Of a stretch of DNA of 64,000 nt, positions 60,001 through 64,000 are shown piece by piece. Below the pieces are notes generated by a model. It was given only the letters and a program-made list of their open reading frames with translations. It did not search any database and was not told the origin of the DNA. Positions within the stretch are counted from its first letter, which is position 1. Every line of letters begins with the position of its first letter. A program made the translations under genes and the position numbers. Source of the stretch: an uncultured Actinomycetota bacterium (lineage in GTDB: Bacteria; Actinomycetota; Thermoleophilia; RBG-16-64-13); assembly GCA_963843455.1 (NCBI GenBank), contig CAWJKE010000016.1, forward strand, positions 159,506 through 223,505. The letters are read 5' to 3'.

Positions 60001-61946
60001 TGGTCACCCCGCCCGACCGTCGCGATTTGTAGAGCGGTCTTGATCTTGCCGGTACGACCGTCCTGGTAGGCAAACTCTGCCTCGACTTCGACGCTCGTCC
60101 GTTCGCCGCTGAGGGCCTGGGTGAGATCGGAGTATCTCTGCCTCAGGACGGCCCTGCGAAGCTTGCGATTACGAGTCAATTCGTACTCGTCTGGGTCGAA
60201 CTCCTTGTGCAGGTTGACGTACTTCTCGATTCGCCGGGTATCCGGCAAGTCCTGATTGACGAGGGCTATCTCCTCGCGGATCAATCGATAAATCTCCGGC
60301 TTCTGCGATAGGTCGCCGAAGGTCGTGTACGGAATCTTGTTCTTGTCGGCCCAGTGCCCCGTGTTCTCCGCGTCGAGAATGATCACGGCGGTGACAAAGT
60401 CACAGTCCTGTCCCGAATGCACCCACGCATCCTTGATGTATGGACTGTGTTTGAGCCGACTTTCGATATCCTGAGGAGCCAGGACATCCCCGCAGGGCAA
60501 AGTGATGAGGTCTTCGACCCGGTCGACGAAGACCAGTTCCTGATCGGCGTTCATGTGGCCCTGGTCTCCGGTGCGGATCCAGCCCTCGTGCATCACTTCA
60601 GCTGTCATTTCCGGGTCGTTGTGGTAGCCGACGAACACCCCAGGGTGGCGGACGACGATCTCACTCTGTCCGCCGAACATGACCTCCACACCAGGGTTGA
60701 TCTTGCCCACCGAGCCGAAGGATTGGACCCCGCCGGCCGCACCGGTGACGGCTCCCGCCTCGGTGGACCCATAGATGCTCTTCAGAGGCACCCTGAGGCC
60801 ACGAAAGAAGCGGAATGTCTCGGGAGAAACCGCAGAGCCGTAGGTGTAGCAGACACGGGCGCGAGGCAGACCCAGGCTGTCGCGCACCTGACGGTAGACG
60901 ACCAGATCGGCAAACGCATCGAGCAGCCGCAAGTGCAGGCCGGGTGTACGCTTCTCATCCCTGATATCGGCCGTTTTCTGGCCTATCGGCATGAGCAAAC
61001 GCGAGGTCGACCGCTTCAAACGGCTGGCGCCTCGCAGCTTGGCCTGGACCTGTCCAGCCTGACTCTCCCACAGCCGCGAGCTGTACAGCGCCACCCTGGG
61101 TGCGATCTCCCGCATGTCTTTCTGCTGAGTCTCGGAGCTTTCCGCATAGTTGACGGTGCCCCCAGAAAGGAGATGACAGCCGAACGCCAACCACTGTTCG
61201 GTTATCCAGGCGGGAGGCAGCGAGCAGGCGAGATCGTCCTTGTGGCTGAGTCCGTCCGCTTCGACGTAGTACTGGGAGTTCGACATCAATGACCGGTGGC
61301 TCTGCAGGGTACCTTTGGGGGCGTCTTGCGTCGCGCCGGAGGTGTACACGATGGCGCAGACATCATCAGCTCTGCCGGCCGCGATGTTCTTTTCAAACGC
61401 GCCCGGGTGATCCGTTTCGTACCGGCGCCCCTTCTCCAGGACATCCCGCAGTCCGGTGAACGTACCCTGGTCGTGCTTGCTGAGACCCTTGTGGCGCCAG
61501 TAGACCACGCTCCTCATGTTGGGCAGCCGGTCGCGGATCTGAACCAGCTTGTCCGCCTGTTCCTCGTCCTCCACCATGGCGAAGTCGGCTGCGCAGTCGC
61601 GCGCGACGTGCTCGATCTCAGCTGCTGAGAGATCGGAATAGAGCCCTACGCTGATGCCGCGGTTGCACTGGGCGGCCATCTCGGCGAAATACCACTCAGG
61701 AGAGTTGTCTCCTACGATCAGAAGTCTGCTCCCCGGCTCGAAGCCCAGGGATTGCAGGCCTAGGGCCAGGTACTTGACGTTTTCGAAATAGTCCTGCCAG
61801 CTATGCGACTGCCAGATGCCAGAGTGCTTGTAACGCATGGCCTTGCCGCCGGCGCCGAAGCGGGTGCAGTTGTGCTCCAGCCATTTTGGCCAGGTATCCA
61901 GCTTGACTGTGTCCACTCCCGCCGCCGGCGTCTTCACGACAGCCAC
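59997..61946 (-). CDS. AMP-dependent synthetase/ligase (long-chain fatty acid--CoA ligase-like) embedded in the ABC transporter operon
   Basis: AMP-binding motif YTSGATQDAPKG. 649 aa. Confidence 0.8.
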   Translation of the reverse strand: MAVVKTPAAGVDTVKLDTWPKWLEHNCTRFGAGGKAMRYKHSGIWQSHSWQDYFENVKYLALGLQSLGFEPGSRLLIVGDNSPEWYFAEMAAQCNRGISVGLYSDLSAAEIEHVARDCAADFAMVEDEEQADKLVQIRDRLPNMRSVVYWRHKGLSKHDQGTFTGLRDVLEKGRRYETDHPGAFEKNIAAGRADDVCAIVYTSGATQDAPKGTLQSHRSLMSNSQYYVEADGLSHKDDLACSLPPAWITEQWLAFGCHLLSGGTVNYAESSETQQKDMREIAPRVALYSSRLWESQAGQVQAKLRGASRLKRSTSRLLMPIGQKTADIRDEKRTPGLHLRLLDAFADLVVYRQVRDSLGLPRARVCYTYGSAVSPETFRFFRGLRVPLKSIYGSTEAGAVTGAAGGVQSFGSVGKINPGVEVMFGGQSEIVVRHPGVFVGYHNDPEMTAEVMHEGWIRTGDQGHMNADQELVFVDRVEDLITLPCGDVLAPQDIESRLKHSPYIKDAWVHSGQDCDFVTAVIILDAENTGHWADKNKIPYTTFGDLSQKPEIYRLIREEIALVNQDLPDTRRIEKYVNLHKEFDPDEYELTRNRKLRRAVLRQRYSDLTQALSGERTSVEVEAEFAYQDGRTGKIKTALQIATVGRGDQ

Positions 61947-62728
61947 CGCTTCCGCCGGCGGTAGTGCTTGACATCGCGATAGTTCTTTCGCGCCCCGCTG
62001 GAAGATATCCCCATGTAGAATTCCTTGACGTCCTCGTTATCCCTGAGCTGGTCGGCCGAACCGGTCAGGACGATCCTTCCATTCTCCAGTACGTAGCCGT
62101 TGTCAGCGATTCCCAGGGCTGCTTTGACGTTCTGTTCGACCACCAGCATGGAGACGCCGCGCTCTTCATTGATCCTCTTGATGATCTGGTAGATCTCCTG
62201 GACCGCCAGCGGTGCCAGACCGAGCGACGGCTCGTCTAGCAACATCAAGCGAGGGTTGGCCATCAAGGCCCGCCCGATCACCAACATCTGCTGTTCGCCA
62301 CCCGAGAGATAGCCGCTGACCCGTTTGCGATACTCACGGATCCTCGGGAAGTACTCGAACACCATCTCCAGGTCCTTCTTGACACCAGACCGATCCTTAC
62401 GCCGGTATGCTCCCACCTGCAGGTTCTCCTCCACGGTGAGGTGCTCAAGTACCCGGCGGCCCTCCATCACCTGGATGATGCCCATGCCGGCGGCGTCCTC
62501 GGGACCGAGGCGGTCGATCCGTTTCTCGTCGAAGTAGATATCTCCGCTGCGGATGTCTCCCTCTTCAGTCCTCAGCAACCCAGAGATGGCCTTCAGCGTA
62601 GTAGTCTTGCCGCCGCCATTGGCCCCTATCAAGGCTACGATCTTGCCATCTCCCACTTCCAGCGAGATGCCGTACAGGACCCGTATCACTCCCTGGTAGA
62701 ACACTTCGATGTTGTTGACCTTCAGCAT
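61934..62728 (-). CDS. ABC transporter ATP-binding protein (LivF-like)
   Basis: GANGGGKTT and LSGGEQQ motifs. Confidence 0.8.
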   Translation of the reverse strand: MLKVNNIEVFYQGVIRVLYGISLEVGDGKIVALIGANGGGKTTTLKAISGLLRTEEGDIRSGDIYFDEKRIDRLGPEDAAGMGIIQVMEGRRVLEHLTVEENLQVGAYRRKDRSGVKKDLEMVFEYFPRIREYRKRVSGYLSGGEQQMLVIGRALMANPRLMLLDEPSLGLAPLAVQEIYQIIKRINEERGVSMLVVEQNVKAALGIADNGYVLENGRIVLTGSADQLRDNEDVKEFYMGISSSGARKNYRDVKHYRRRKRWLS

Positions 62729-62730
62729 CG

Positions 62731-63582
62731 CTATGCTTGGGTCCCTTCTCCAAGGTAGGCCTTCATTACTGCGGGGTCGGACTGGATGTCGGCAGGCTTA
62801 CCTTCAGCGATCTTGCGCCCGAAGTTGAGTACGGCGATCCTATCGGCTATATCCATGACCACACCCATGTCGTGCTCGACCATGACGATGCTACGAATGC
62901 CGTCCCTGAGGACCGGCGTATCGGGATAGGAATCACCCTGACCTTCGTAGACATCGATGACGAAGCGAGCGATGTCTTCCTTCTCTTCCAGGTTCATGCC
63001 GGCCATGGGCTCGTCCAGCAGGAGGACCTTGGGTTCCAAAGCCAACGCCCTTCCCAACTCCACTCTCTTGCGGAGGCCGTACGGCAATGCTCCCACCACT
63101 TGTTTGCGGATAGACTGGATCTCGAGAAAGTCGATTATCTCTTCGACGGTCTGACGGTGCTTGATCTCCTCGCGGCGAGACCAGCCAAAGTAGAGGGCCC
63201 CGGTCACGAAGTTCTGCTTCATGAACACGTGCCGGGCGGCCATGATGTTGTCCTGGGTGCTGAGTCCCGTATACAGCTCAATGTTCTGAAAACTTCGGGC
63301 GATACCCATCCGGGCCAGTCTGTCCGGCCTCTGACGGGTGATCTTGTCTTGCTGAAAATAGATCTCGCCCTTCTGGGGCTTGTAGAAGCCGCTGATACAG
63401 TTCAGAAGGGCGGTCTTCCCGGCGCCGTTGGGCCCGATGATGGCCAGAATCTCATCAGTGCGAATATCGAGGCTGACGTCCGAAAGCGCATTGACACCGC
63501 CGAACGACAGAGAGACATCTTCAATCCGGATGACGGTGCTCTTCTCGCTCTTGGTCAGGCTCGGTTCAGCCGCGATCGCCAT
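62731..63582 (-). CDS. ABC transporter ATP-binding protein (LivG-like)
   Basis: GPNGAGKTA and LPYGLRKRVEL motifs. The AT-rich putative promoter region 63640-63720 lies upstream. Confidence 0.8.
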   Translation of the reverse strand: MAIAAEPSLTKSEKSTVIRIEDVSLSFGGVNALSDVSLDIRTDEILAIIGPNGAGKTALLNCISGFYKPQKGEIYFQQDKITRQRPDRLARMGIARSFQNIELYTGLSTQDNIMAARHVFMKQNFVTGALYFGWSRREEIKHRQTVEEIIDFLEIQSIRKQVVGALPYGLRKRVELGRALALEPKVLLLDEPMAGMNLEEKEDIARFVIDVYEGQGDSYPDTPVLRDGIRSIVMVEHDMGVVMDIADRIAVLNFGRKIAEGKPADIQSDPAVMKAYLGEGTQA

Positions 63583-64000
63583 CGGTCCCCCCTCTGCAGC
63601 AGCGCAAAATACGCCGCACCCCAGACGTGAGTCTAGAGAGATTTCGACACCAATGCAATAGCTATGCGTAATGTGTATGGTTCAATAGTTCTATGCATTG
63701 AAAGGTCCTTGGCACCCTTATTCTCTGCCATGTCGTCCCCCTTTCTCAGTCGGATGGCTCAAGCATGGCGGGGCGTAGCAGACGGCGCTAGACGCTGCCC
63801 CGAGTCGACCGAGCGCCCCCCGGCGCCGATCCGCGAGCAGGCAGGGCTAAACGAGCCTCACGAGGTCGCCAGCAGGTCTCAGGCGCTGTCGGGGACGGGC
63901 CGTGAAGGCGGCGGGTCCAGGCGGCCCGCTCGGTCAGGCTCCGTCGGCACCACGCCCTGCCTCTTGAGCTCGGTCATGAGCTTGTCGCCTTCCACATCCA

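Overview
This is a 64 kb high-GC (roughly 65-70%) bacterial chromosomal segment (Actinobacteria- or Chloroflexi-like codon usage), densely coding on both strands. No transposase, integrase, CRISPR array or rRNA was found. Recognisable content includes two branched-chain-amino-acid-type ABC transporter loci (one with an embedded AMP-dependent ligase), an ECF sigma/anti-sigma pair, an MMPL transporter, an ACR3 arsenite efflux gene, gltX followed by tRNA-Glu(CTC) and tRNA-Lys(CTT), bacterioferritin, msrB, a GGDEF-EAL protein, a two-subunit biotin carboxylase flanked by two UPF0261 paralogs, and many small oxidoreductase, NTF2-like, VOC and cupin genes. Three things stand out. (1) A stand-alone CTP-synthase-like glutamine-amidotransferase gene has an in-frame TGA exactly at the catalytic cysteine, followed 12 nt later by a perfect hairpin built from rare AT-ending codons, making it a candidate selenoprotein. 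(2) An S-adenosylmethionine-decarboxylase-like domain is read in frame with an N-acyl amino acid synthase (LuxI/FeeM-like) domain. (3) At least a dozen single-nucleotide frame disruptions sit in otherwise well-conserved genes (livH, DUF4389, ABM, UPF0261, pycB, the GGDEF-EAL N-terminus and others), which points either to indel errors in the assembly or to unusual pseudogenisation. A gene-poor stretch (1.0-2.4 kb) holds a tRNA 3' fragment and a dispersed ~65-nt repeat family with four copies.
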